From: Gammaproteobacteria bacterium
GTDB taxonomy: Bacteria; Pseudomonadota; Gammaproteobacteria; Eutrophobiales; Eutrophobiaceae
Direction of reading: 5' to 3'
DNA length: 64,000 bases
NCBI GenBank assembly: GCA_963422205.2
Contig: CAXMWX010000012.1
Span: 1 to 64,000, forward strand
Below are positions 17,763 through 26,595 of the stretch, one piece after another. The notes under the pieces were generated by a model, which had not been told where the DNA came from, searched no databases, and saw only the letters and a program-made list of their open reading frames with translations. The position numbers were made by a program, and so were the translations under genes. The number at the start of each line of letters is the position of its first letter. The first letter of the stretch is position 1.

Positions 17763-19430
17763 ATGCCTGCCCTGGCGAAGGTGTTGAAACTTCCCCGACC
17801 GCCTGCCCAATTGAAAGGAGCAGCGCCCGCATCAGCGCTGGAAGGTATCAATGAGCATCAACGCAGGATAGTGCTTAACCGCAAGCAACTGGTGCAGATC
17901 ATCCTAGCAGAGCATCAGGCCGGGGTTTCTATTCGGGTAGCAGCCAGGAACCTGGTGGCAGCGATTGTGGCCGGTCAGGTAGCAGAGGCGACCCGTACCG
18001 CCGCCCGTTCGCTGGCCAAGGGCAGCAAGCCCTCTCCCAGCCATCAGGTCTTGGAGCGCTGGACAAGCGCCTATATGAAGCAGGGGATTAACGGTCTTAT
18101 TCCGAAGCATAAAGGCTCACAGCGTAAGGCGTATGGTTGGGAGGCGAGGGCCTTGGAACTGTATCAGCGACCAGTGAAGGCGGCCATGAGTACGGTGGCC
18201 TACTGGTTGCAGGACGAGGGCTTTGAGAGTGCCACGATAAGCCGGGTACGCCGCTATCTTAACTCCCTACCCGCCCGGCTCACCACCAGCGCACCGAAGC
18301 GTTTAGGTCAGCATTACCATCGCCAGAACGTAACACCGTATGTGGTGCGCGATGCGTCCGTGCTGCCAGTCGGATTTATCTATGAGGGCGATGGGCATAC
18401 CTGTGATGTGCATATTGCCCACCCTAAGACGGGCAAGGCGTATCGGCCGGAACTCACGGTCTGGCTGGATGTGCGCAGTCATTATTGTGTCGGCTGGTAT
18501 CTGGATAATGCAGAGAAGGCGACCAGCACGCTGTTCAGCTTATCCCATGCCATCACTTCACACGATCACGTGCCGGCCGCCATTCATGTTGACCCCGGTT
18601 CAGGCTTTAAGAACAAGCTGATGGTCGGTGAAGCGGTGAGTTACTGCGAGCGCCTGTCCATTGAGTTCATGGCGGCCCTGCCGGGCAATGCCAGAGGTAA
18701 GGGTCTGGTGGAAGGGTTCTTTCATATCTTCGAGGAGCGCTGTGGCAAGCGGTTTGATACCTACTGCGGGCATAATCGCACCGACCATGCACTAAGTGAC
18801 TTAAGCGGCAAGGTGAAGCGTGGCGAGATCATCCTGCCTACCCAGGCGCAGTATAGGGATGCTATCACGGCGTTCATTGACCGCTACAACCACACAGCAC
18901 AGCGGGGCTTAGGATGTCCACCGGCTGATCTCTGGCAGCAGTTGGAGCAGACACCATTAGAGACACCTGCCGAGGCCCTTATGCGGCCGCAGGCGGTGCG
19001 GGTGGTGCGCCGTGGCCAGGTAGAGCATGACCGACGGCTGTATCGTCACGTTGAGCTGGCCAGCTACGAGGGGCAGGAGATAGCGCTGGAGTATAACTTG
19101 CACAACGATGCTTATGTGACCATCCGCACCTTGACCGGGCAGTTCATTTGTGAGGCTGAACAGGTCGAACCTAAGCCCTGGCTGCCGGCCTCACGTCTTG
19201 AGGAGCAGGAACTGAAACGGCTCAAAGGGCAGATTGCTCGCAAGGAAAAAGCCATTACTGAGGATAAGGCCCGGGCCGGGCTGGCGATTACCCACGAGCA
19301 TGACCTTGCTCACCTTAACGCCATGCCTGTCCTTAATGACCCTGAGCCACTGGCACATAACACGAGAGCCGGCCCCGCGAGCGCAGCGAGTGCTGTGGGT
19401 ATCGATTTGAATGTCTTTGATGATGATTAA
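17763..19430 (+). CDS. Mu-type DDE transposase (MuA-like)
   Basis: EGDGH, VDPGSGF, KGLVEGFF catalytic motifs; Mu-transposase C-terminal region. Confidence 0.93.
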   Translation: MPALAKVLKLPRPPAQLKGAAPASALEGINEHQRRIVLNRKQLVQIILAEHQAGVSIRVAARNLVAAIVAGQVAEATRTAARSLAKGSKPSPSHQVLERWTSAYMKQGINGLIPKHKGSQRKAYGWEARALELYQRPVKAAMSTVAYWLQDEGFESATISRVRRYLNSLPARLTTSAPKRLGQHYHRQNVTPYVVRDASVLPVGFIYEGDGHTCDVHIAHPKTGKAYRPELTVWLDVRSHYCVGWYLDNAEKATSTLFSLSHAITSHDHVPAAIHVDPGSGFKNKLMVGEAVSYCERLSIEFMAALPGNARGKGLVEGFFHIFEERCGKRFDTYCGHNRTDHALSDLSGKVKRGEIILPTQAQYRDAITAFIDRYNHTAQRGLGCPPADLWQQLEQTPLETPAEALMRPQAVRVVRRGQVEHDRRLYRHVELASYEGQEIALEYNLHNDAYVTIRTLTGQFICEAEQVEPKPWLPASRLEEQELKRLKGQIARKEKAITEDKARAGLAITHEHDLAHLNAMPVLNDPEPLAHNTRAGPASAASAVGIDLNVFDDD

Positions 19431-19445
19431 GGGGGTACATCAACC

Positions 19446-20495
19446 ATGAGTAAGCTACTGCATCATCCGGCCGCAGCGATGGTCTATCCGAATGGCTACA
19501 CGGCCAGTTATACCGCTACTGACAAGCAGTCAGTCTGTCAGGTCATTGACTGGCTGAATGCCGGGCAGGTACCGGGGATTGCCAACCCGCGCACCCAGGC
19601 ACAATTAGCCAAGGCCACGGGGGTCAGTGCCGCCAGCATCAGTCAGTTGCTGAAAGGCACTTATCCGAGTAGCCCGGGCAAGCACGTCAAAGCCCTGGCG
19701 GATTATGTCGCCCGTTGCCGGCAGCGTGAAGAGGAGAGACTGGATGCCGGGCAAGTGGTAGCCACGTCCGTGTTCAAGGTCGTACAGAAAGTCTGCAAGC
19801 GTGCCAGGCTGATGCGGGATATTGGTTATGTCTCGGCCGTGGTGGGTACGGGCAAGACCACGGCCTTGAAGTTCTATGCGGAGAACAGCCCTGGGGTCTA
19901 TCTGATTGAGGGTGATCCTGACATGAGTGCGGCGGTGTTTATCAACGAGTTGGTGGTACTCACCAACGCCACTGTCGCCAGGGCAAACAAGTACAGCCAA
20001 GGCACCAAGGCTGACCGCTATGCGGCTGTGGTACATGCCTTGTCTGGCACGGATTCGCTGCTCATTCTGGATGAGGCTGACAAGGTCAGAGACACCACGC
20101 TGGAGTACCTGCGGCGCTTATCCGACAAGGCTGGCATTGGTGCGGTGCTATCGGGTACCCAACGACTCTATGCCATGCTTGCCAATCCAGCCGCCGGTGG
20201 ACGCTTTGACCAGCTTGGCTCCCGAGTGGGTTTCCGGTCACAACTGATTAAGTCCATCCTGGAGAAGGATTCTCAGTTGATGGTCAGTGCTGCCTTTGAG
20301 GGTGAGGACGTTGATCTCACCGATGAGATACAGGCGGCTTTCTGGCAGGTCTGTGGTGGTTCTGCCCGTACCTTATCCAAGCTCATCCCGAATGTGCGGG
20401 ACTTTGGCCTGCGCAAGGGTCATGTGTTGAGTGCCGATCTGATCTATGCCGCCGGTCAGCAGACGATGGGTTTGAAGCCGGTGAGGGTGAGTTAG
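19446..20495 (+). CDS. MuB-like AAA ATPase with N-terminal HTH
   Basis: VGTGKTT Walker A, LLILDEAD Walker B. Confidence 0.92.
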   Translation: MSKLLHHPAAAMVYPNGYTASYTATDKQSVCQVIDWLNAGQVPGIANPRTQAQLAKATGVSAASISQLLKGTYPSSPGKHVKALADYVARCRQREEERLDAGQVVATSVFKVVQKVCKRARLMRDIGYVSAVVGTGKTTALKFYAENSPGVYLIEGDPDMSAAVFINELVVLTNATVARANKYSQGTKADRYAAVVHALSGTDSLLILDEADKVRDTTLEYLRRLSDKAGIGAVLSGTQRLYAMLANPAAGGRFDQLGSRVGFRSQLIKSILEKDSQLMVSAAFEGEDVDLTDEIQAAFWQVCGGSARTLSKLIPNVRDFGLRKGHVLSADLIYAAGQQTMGLKPVRVS

Positions 20496-20693
20496 TGACA
20501 TCTAAGCAGGAACAAACCTATCCGGTGAGTTGGCCGAGATTTACAGCATGGTTTCTGGTGGCTTTGCTGCTGCTGATTTTTGGCTGAGACATACTTTGCG
20601 CCAAAGAGAGAAGAAAAAATACAGGCTTCGGTGAAGCCAGCGAATGAAAAAATCATCTATGTGATCAAATGCCCGGCCACGCACCATGACTGA
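20495..20693 (+). pseudogene. Small membrane protein with apparent 1-nt insertion in a T5 run (20577-20581)
   Basis: Removing one T gives a 65-aa ORF overlapping both the MuB stop and the next start. Confidence 0.45.
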
Positions 20694-20949
20694 CAAGCAA
20701 ATCAACATCCTGGCTGTCAGAGATGACGATAACGTCTTTGTGCAATGTGCGCAGTTGCCTGGGCAGACATGGGTACGTTCCATTGAAGAGAACCGCATCA
20801 CAAAAGACCTCATCGCCGTTGAGTGTGTTATTGCCAAGGTGCTGGAAGAGATTGTCTTCGCCTATCGGCTACACCATGAATGCAAGGCCAAGACCAGGCG
20901 GGTAACTATCACCGTACAGCTGGATGCCGATGACAACCAAGCCACTTAA
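20686..20949 (+). CDS. Hypothetical phage protein
   Basis: Overlapping ORF in the early operon. Confidence 0.55.
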   Translation: MTDKQINILAVRDDDNVFVQCAQLPGQTWVRSIEENRITKDLIAVECVIAKVLEEIVFAYRLHHECKAKTRRVTITVQLDADDNQAT

Positions 20950-21736
20950 TCTCATCTCTCTGGGTGCGGGTGTGCAGAGCAGCACAATGGCACTGATGGC
21001 CGCATCAGGTGAGCTGGCTCCGATGCCGGATGCGGCCATCTTTGCCGACACGGGTGCCGAGCCGGGTTACGTCTATGACTGGCTGGAGCGGCAGTTGCCT
21101 TTTTTGGTATACCGGGTGATGCAGGATAAGGGCTTAGAGCAAGCCATACACGACTCGTTCACAGCGGATAAATGGTATCCCGCCATCCCGTTCTTTGCCT
21201 TATCGCCTGAGGGCAAAAAGGGCATCCTGCGCCGCCAGTGTACCAGCCATTTTAAGCTCAAGCCGATCATACAAAAGACCCGTGAGTTGCTAGGGCTAAA
21301 GCCAGGCGAGCAAGCTAGGAAAGGCATACAGGTCATCCAGTGGGTGGGTATATCCTTAGATGAGGCGCACCGCATGAAGCCATCCCCACAGCATTACATT
21401 AAAAGCATCTATCCCCTGGTGGATAACAGAATAACCCGTCATGACTGCTACCAATGGATGGAGCAGCACGGCTATCCTGAACCGGCCCGTTCCGCCTGCT
21501 ACTTCTGCCCCTATCATTCACGTACATCCTGGCGCTGGATCAAAGACAACCACCCCGATGAGTTCGACCGGGCAGTCAAGATAGATGCACTGATACGCAC
21601 AGGGGTCAGAGGTGTTCAGCATCAGTTGTTTATCAATGACAGCAGACAGCCGCTGGATGAGATCGATCTCACCCAAGCCGATGATCACCAGATCGATCTG
21701 TTCGGCAATGAATGCGAGGGGATGTGTGGCGTATGA
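20930..21736 (+). CDS. PAPS reductase-like / PP-loop adenine nucleotide alpha-hydrolase
   Basis: ISLGAGVQSS, FADTG.E, RQCT..FK, SACYFCPYH, C-terminal CEGMCG. Confidence 0.8.
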   Translation: MTTKPLNLISLGAGVQSSTMALMAASGELAPMPDAAIFADTGAEPGYVYDWLERQLPFLVYRVMQDKGLEQAIHDSFTADKWYPAIPFFALSPEGKKGILRRQCTSHFKLKPIIQKTRELLGLKPGEQARKGIQVIQWVGISLDEAHRMKPSPQHYIKSIYPLVDNRITRHDCYQWMEQHGYPEPARSACYFCPYHSRTSWRWIKDNHPDEFDRAVKIDALIRTGVRGVQHQLFINDSRQPLDEIDLTQADDHQIDLFGNECEGMCGV

Positions 21737-22074
21737 ACACTATCACCCGCGATACTGTACTGGTCGCCTTGCGTGAACACATCGGCAAGGAAAACGGCAT
21801 CAGCGCTGCCCGCCTGGTACGAAAAATATCCGGCGATATGTTCTGCCTGCTGGATGAGCGGCAGTTGCGGCAGGTGATCGTTGAGTTACGCCATGAGGGA
21901 CATCATATCGGCGCACATCCCTCAGCCGGTTATTACCTGTGCCGAAGCCCAGCAGAGTTAAATGAAGCCTGCCTATTTCTCTATGAGCGGGCAATGACTT
22001 CCCTTACCCAAATCTCGGCCATGAAGCGCATATCACTGCCTGATCTGGCCGGCCAACTGAAACTACCCACATAA
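21733..22074 (+). CDS. Winged-helix phage protein
   Basis: ERQLRQVIVELR.EG..IG....GYY motif. Confidence 0.7.
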   Translation: MNTITRDTVLVALREHIGKENGISAARLVRKISGDMFCLLDERQLRQVIVELRHEGHHIGAHPSAGYYLCRSPAELNEACLFLYERAMTSLTQISAMKRISLPDLAGQLKLPT

Positions 22075-22086
22075 CAGGAGGACACC

Positions 22087-22602
22087 ATGAACATTCACAC
22101 CATAGAACAACTAACCGCTGAGTATGCAGCGGCCCATCGTGCGCTGGCTGGCTTTGCGACCGAGTTGGATGATGAGTTACAACACATCAAACGTCAGCGC
22201 CGAGAGAGGCTGAATGCGCTTATCTCCCAGGCAGCGGATGCCAAGCTCAAGCTCAAAGCCGCCATTGAACAGGCGCCGGCCTTATTCGATAAACCCCGCA
22301 CCCGCATCCTGCATGACATCAAGGTGGGGTTCCGTAAAGGCAAGGGTCGACTGAAATGGCAGAGTGCGGTAGGCGTGATCAATAAGATCAAGCAACTGTT
22401 TGATGATGAGTGTGGGGTGTTGATCAAGACCGAGGAGAAGCCTAACAAGGATGCCCTGGAGAAGCTGCCGACTGCTGAGTTAAAGCGCTTAGGGATAACC
22501 ATTGAGGGGGCCGGCGATCAGGTCGTTATCCGTCCGGTTGAGGGTGACATTGACAAGCTGGTGGATGCCTTGCTGGTCGATGAGTTGGGGGAAGGCGAAT
22601 GA
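22087..22602 (+). CDS. gam: Host-nuclease inhibitor Gam-like protein
   Basis: LFDKPRT..L..IKVGFRKGKG; IKTEEKPNKDAL. Confidence 0.8.
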   Translation: MNIHTIEQLTAEYAAAHRALAGFATELDDELQHIKRQRRERLNALISQAADAKLKLKAAIEQAPALFDKPRTRILHDIKVGFRKGKGRLKWQSAVGVINKIKQLFDDECGVLIKTEEKPNKDALEKLPTAELKRLGITIEGAGDQVVIRPVEGDIDKLVDALLVDELGEGE

Positions 22603-22817
22603 GCGGCGATGCGCTGCACCCATATTATCCGTTCGATGGCGGTTATATGGGTAAGGCCCCGCTGATGGTGCGTGACAGTGCCGAGCGTTGCCGCCTCGCC
22701 AGTGATTTCACTGTAGCAGAGTGCCGGGCCGCCCTTGCCAATGAGCGGATGGTGTTACAAAAGACAGTGGTGCGCCGTATCCAGCGGCGATTACGCAAGC
22801 TGGGAGAGGTGGCATGA
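22599..22817 (+). CDS. Hypothetical phage protein
   Basis: ATGA coupling in the early operon. Confidence 0.55.
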   Translation: MSGDALHPYYPFDGGYMGKAPLMVRDSAERCRLASDFTVAECRAALANERMVLQKTVVRRIQRRLRKLGEVA

Positions 22818-23002
22818 AGATCAAGGCCGATATTGATTTCACTGTCGCTGACGATCAGAATCACGTCATTGCCACCCTTAACTTGCGCCTTCCCTTTGCG
22901 CCATTGATGGCGGTCATGAGCCGGTTATATGCGCTTTACACCTCGCTTAAAGGGCATCCAGCGGGACAGCAAGCCCTGTACATAGGTAAGGCTGATGAGT
23001 GA
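22814..23002 (+). CDS. Hypothetical phage protein
   Basis: ATGA coupling, GGAGAGG RBS. Confidence 0.5.
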   Translation: MKIKADIDFTVADDQNHVIATLNLRLPFAPLMAVMSRLYALYTSLKGHPAGQQALYIGKADE

Positions 23003-23231
23003 GATCGACAGCCAACCGAAGCAATCGCACATCTGGTGCTTTGATGCCGGCATGTTGGGTGAGGCGTTGGAGGCCTTATATCAATCACGGCAGCCAGACG
23101 ATGCCGAGGCGAGAGAAGCGGCTGCCGAGGAAATGGAGCAGATTCGGCGTTTCCTTAATTCGGACATTGCCAGGGAGTATAAGCTGATTGTGAAGATCAG
23201 CAAGCGGCGGCCGCCTGCTGAGGAGACATAA
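22995..23231 (+). CDS. Hypothetical phage protein
   Basis: Overlapping ORF in the operon. Confidence 0.55.
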   Translation: MSEIDSQPKQSHIWCFDAGMLGEALEALYQSRQPDDAEAREAAAEEMEQIRRFLNSDIAREYKLIVKISKRRPPAEET

Positions 23232-23429
23232 ATGACTGAATGGTACTTGCTCTATCTCATCACCGTATGTGCGCCAGCCTGTACTTCCGTTGAACTCATT
23301 GTGCCAGTCGCCAATGAGCAGAGTTGTCATGCCTTAGCTCGTGCCATCCGCCTGCCTGAGAAGGCCAGTGCAGTAGCGCAGTGTCAGCTAAAAGCCATCA
23401 AGACAGGCCAGCCGGAGTGGGCGGCGTAA
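23232..23429 (+). CDS. Hypothetical Cys-containing small protein
   Basis: GAGGAG RBS, abuts the previous stop. Confidence 0.5.
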   Translation: MTEWYLLYLITVCAPACTSVELIVPVANEQSCHALARAIRLPEKASAVAQCQLKAIKTGQPEWAA

Positions 23430-23434
23430 GACCG

Positions 23435-23896
23435 ATGCGTTCTGCCCGTAAAATCGATCACCGCCAGCGTTGTTATACCTTGCTGGCGATAGCGAAAAAG
23501 CAGTTAGGTCTGGATGAGGATACCTATCGGGCTTTCCTTGCCAGTCAGGGCGCCAGGGTCAAGGATGGGCGCATCAGTGCCACCACGATGAGTATCGGGC
23601 AGTTGATGGGTGCGGTGGATGTCCTGCACAAGCGTGGCTTCAAACCCACCCGCAGCAACAAGTATGAGCAGACCTGGCGGCAGCGTATGGAAGGCAAGAT
23701 AGCGAAGCTGTGGTTCTTAGGGTATGAGCATGGTGTCATCCGTGATGAGAGCAAACAGGCAATGGAGAATTGGTGTCTTAAGGTGGCGGGAGTGGCAGCG
23801 ATTAACTGGTTTGAAGCGAAACATTACAACCGCTGCATTGAGGGCTTGAAGTCCTGGCTGAAGCGTGAAGGAGTACCCATCGATGGGGGATGCTGA
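23435..23896 (+). CDS. gemA: GemA (Mu gp16, DUF1018) family protein
   Basis: IAKKQLGLDEDTYRAFL; KI..LW; IEGLKSW..R. Confidence 0.85.
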   Translation: MRSARKIDHRQRCYTLLAIAKKQLGLDEDTYRAFLASQGARVKDGRISATTMSIGQLMGAVDVLHKRGFKPTRSNKYEQTWRQRMEGKIAKLWFLGYEHGVIRDESKQAMENWCLKVAGVAAINWFEAKHYNRCIEGLKSWLKREGVPIDGGC

Positions 23897-24290
23897 TACA
23901 CAGCTTAAGTTCAGCATTGACACGGCTTCTCTGCCGCCATTGGTCAAGCGCTTAATCCAGCTGATCGGCTTATCTGAGACCTACAAACTCTTAACAGCAC
24001 GGGGTGCTTTGACCACAGTCATCCCGGCCACGCTGGAACGTTCCTCGGAGTTGCAAAAGATCATCTCACCCGCCGCGGTCAAGGCACTGGTGGCTGCCAT
24101 GCCCAATGCCCGCCTGGAATTGACCTCAACGCGCAAGTTCCGTGATCAGCTACGCAATGCCACTATCCGGCAAGACCGCCAGAGCATGACCTACCCGGAA
24201 CTGATGCAAAAGTATGGCCTGACCCGGCGGATGCTGATCAATATCTGCGGTTCGGAGGACAGAATACAGAAAACAGAAGACAGATTGTAA
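23883..24290 (+). CDS. mor: Mor/C-family transcriptional activator
   Basis: LP...L..LIG; RN..I...L..KYGLT.R C-terminal HTH; last gene before the late promoter. Confidence 0.8.
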   Translation: MGDADTQLKFSIDTASLPPLVKRLIQLIGLSETYKLLTARGALTTVIPATLERSSELQKIISPAAVKALVAAMPNARLELTSTRKFRDQLRNATIRQDRQSMTYPELMQKYGLTRRMLINICGSEDRIQKTEDRL

Positions 24291-24351
24291 GGAATGCCGC
24301 AGGGCGGCATACGCTATAGTCCGTCCTCTGATCTCTGTCCTCCGTATTCTG
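24253..24351 (+). repeat. Heptamer-repeat hairpin element, copy 1
   Basis: (CAGARRA)n arm, core GGAATGCCGC-agg-GCGGCATAC, (TCYTCYG)n arm. Confidence 0.75.
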
Positions 24352-24402
24352 ACTACGTGAAATATTTCACGCATACAAAACCCGGCTGTAATCGGTCATG
24401 CT
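24350..24402 (+). promoter_or_regulatory. Late (lysis/packaging) promoter: palindrome plus candidate -10 CATGCT
   Basis: TACGTGAAATATTTCACGCA at 24354-24373, repeated at 11543 and 4685. Confidence 0.75.
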
Positions 24403-24411
24403 GGCCGTATC

Positions 24412-24849
24412 ATGCGATTAAGTCCGAACTTCACCCTGGCCGAGATGGAACGCTCCCCGACGGCCCTGCGCTTAGGAATAGATAATCAGGCACCGGATGA
24501 TGCGATTAAGCAACTCACATTGCTTTGCCAAGAGGTACTGCAACCTCTGCGTGATCACTTCGGCCCGGTCACTGTGTCCAGTGGTTATCGTTGCCCGGCA
24601 CTGAACCAGCACATTGGTGGATCGGTACGCTCGCAGCACTGCTTGGGTCAGGCTGCCGATATTGTCATTACTGGTGTGACCCCGCTTGATGTGTGTCGCT
24701 GGTTTGTGGATGTGCAGATCAGTTTTGATCAGCTGATCTACGAGGGTACCTGGACACATATCAGCATCAGTGACACCCCTAGAGCTAAAGTACTGACCGC
24801 ACACTTTTCGAATGGTCGGGTACGCTACAGCCGGGGCCTGGTGGCATGA
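24412..24849 (+). CDS. Endolysin, peptidase M15 family
   Basis: LSPNFTLAEM; SSGYRCPALN..IGGS..SQH..GQAAD; W.HIS. Confidence 0.92.
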   Translation: MRLSPNFTLAEMERSPTALRLGIDNQAPDDAIKQLTLLCQEVLQPLRDHFGPVTVSSGYRCPALNQHIGGSVRSQHCLGQAADIVITGVTPLDVCRWFVDVQISFDQLIYEGTWTHISISDTPRAKVLTAHFSNGRVRYSRGLVA

Positions 24850-24911
24850 GCAACCCATGTTGTTACTTCACTGTTATCTTTTCACTCTTTAATTAACCAT
24901 AGGAGAGACCC

Positions 24912-25301
24912 ATGAAACTTATGCACTTTATCCTTATGCTGCTCATCATGCCGCTACTTGGCTTAACATCCGGCTGCGGCTCCCTGCCCTGGAACCCGCA
25001 GGGCAATGCGGGCATCACCAATGTACAAATGCAGGGCTGCGAAGCGGATGAGGGTATTGATGGTCAGTTGTTCTGCGATATCCATATCCTGGACGGCAAG
25101 GAGAAGACGAATGTGGATGTAGAAGTCATCAGAGACTTAGATGAGAACACCATCAAGGCCAGCTACACGGCCAGGAACGTAGAAGCCTTTGAAGGCCAGG
25201 CCATACGTGGTGAAGTAGAGCGGGCGATCGCTGAGACATTCAGGGAAGTCCTGCCGGGCATGACCCGTGAAATCATTGAGGGCATCACGGGCAGTCCATG
25301 A
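24912..25301 (+). CDS. Phage lipoprotein
   Basis: Signal peptide with lipobox LTSG-C. Confidence 0.7.
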   Translation: MKLMHFILMLLIMPLLGLTSGCGSLPWNPQGNAGITNVQMQGCEADEGIDGQLFCDIHILDGKEKTNVDVEVIRDLDENTIKASYTARNVEAFEGQAIRGEVERAIAETFREVLPGMTREIIEGITGSP

Positions 25302-25876
25302 GTGCGGTGGTTCATCTCATTCACGGCTTTAATGTCTGGAAGCCAGAGCGCACGGTGGGTAAGCTGGCGCCGTATTTCCTGAGTGCTGGCCTGCCAACCA
25401 ACATGGTCAATTATCTCTGGACGGGGCTATACCTTGCCCGTAAACGAAACTCCAGGGTAGCAGCCAGGTTGTGCAAGGTGGTGAGGCCAGATGACATTGT
25501 GGTCGGGCACTCCAATGGCTGTGCGATTATCAAGCTGGCCTTGGATTTAGGCATGGTCTGCCAACGCGCCATCCTGATTCATCCGGCCTTGCCGGTCAGC
25601 GTCACCTTTCCTGAGCGGGTAGCGCGCATTGATGTCTGGCATGATGCTTCCGATGTGCCAGTCAAATGGGCGGCGATTTTAAGCAGCCTCATACCCGATA
25701 GCTGGTTTGCTGCCCGCCCCTGGGGGGCGGCCGGGGCCTATGGGATTAACACCCGCGATGCACGCATCCACAACCACAACGAATCGGCATGTGGCTTCCC
25801 AGATCTTGGACACTCCGGGCTGTTTCGCTGGGATGTGTTGCCCTTGCTGGGGCCGAAGGTGGTGGCCTTGCCATGA
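25298..25876 (+). CDS. Alpha/beta hydrolase in the lysis cassette
   Basis: IHGF oxyanion motif, GHSNG nucleophile elbow, D.V, GHSG. Confidence 0.8.
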   Translation: MSAVVHLIHGFNVWKPERTVGKLAPYFLSAGLPTNMVNYLWTGLYLARKRNSRVAARLCKVVRPDDIVVGHSNGCAIIKLALDLGMVCQRAILIHPALPVSVTFPERVARIDVWHDASDVPVKWAAILSSLIPDSWFAARPWGAAGAYGINTRDARIHNHNESACGFPDLGHSGLFRWDVLPLLGPKVVALP

Positions 25877-26097
25877 CCAGCGCAGATAACAACTTACAAC
25901 GCGCCATTGGTCGTATGGAAGGCAAGCTCGATGCGGTGCATGAGGAGATCTGCCAGTTACGTCAAACCCATCAGTCCTTAGACCGGCGCCTCCGGCATGC
26001 TGAGATACAGGCGGCCAAGTACGGCGGCACCACCGGAGCGGTGGTGGCCGTCTGTGTTGAGATGCTGAAGACCAAGATCGGACTTGGCGGTGGCTGA
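25873..26097 (+). CDS. Small coiled-coil protein with C-terminal hydrophobic segment (XhlA/holin-like)
   Basis: IGRMEGKLD...LDRRLR..E followed by a hydrophobic tail; usual position before DUF1804. Confidence 0.6.
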   Translation: MTSADNNLQRAIGRMEGKLDAVHEEICQLRQTHQSLDRRLRHAEIQAAKYGGTTGAVVAVCVEMLKTKIGLGGG

Positions 26098-26595
26098 ATG
26101 GCCTATACCCAAGGCAAGCGCACCGCCGTGCGTGGCAGCTATGTCTATGAGCGCCTGCCCCTGAAAGCTGCCGCTGCCAAACATCACATCAACCATCAGA
26201 CCGCCCGACGCTGGAAGCAGGCGGCTTTGGAACAAGGTGATGACTGGGACAAGGCGAGAGCCGCCTCACGGGTCGCCGCCGGTGGCTTAGGTGAGCTGAC
26301 CGCACAGTTAGTCGAAGACTTTGCCCTGCTGTTTCAAGCCACTGTTGCGCAGATCAAGCAATCGACCACGCCAGCCAACGAGAAAGCGGAAGCCCTGGCC
26401 AGGCTGACTGATGCTTACACCAAGATGATGGCAGCGGCGGCCAGGGGGAGTCCTGCGATCGCCGAGTTATCCATCGTATTACAAGTCCTGGAAGAGCTAA
26501 CCGCCTTTATTCGCCAACACTACCCCCAGGACTTGTCACGTTTCTCAGTCATCCTGGAACCCTTCGGTCAGCATATCACCCAGGTGTTCAAGTGA
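26098..26595 (+). CDS. DUF1804 family protein, probable terminase small subunit
   Basis: MAY....R..VR..YV...TARRWK....GDDWDKARAA. Confidence 0.85.
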   Translation: MAYTQGKRTAVRGSYVYERLPLKAAAAKHHINHQTARRWKQAALEQGDDWDKARAASRVAAGGLGELTAQLVEDFALLFQATVAQIKQSTTPANEKAEALARLTDAYTKMMAAAARGSPAIAELSIVLQVLEELTAFIRQHYPQDLSRFSVILEPFGQHITQVFK

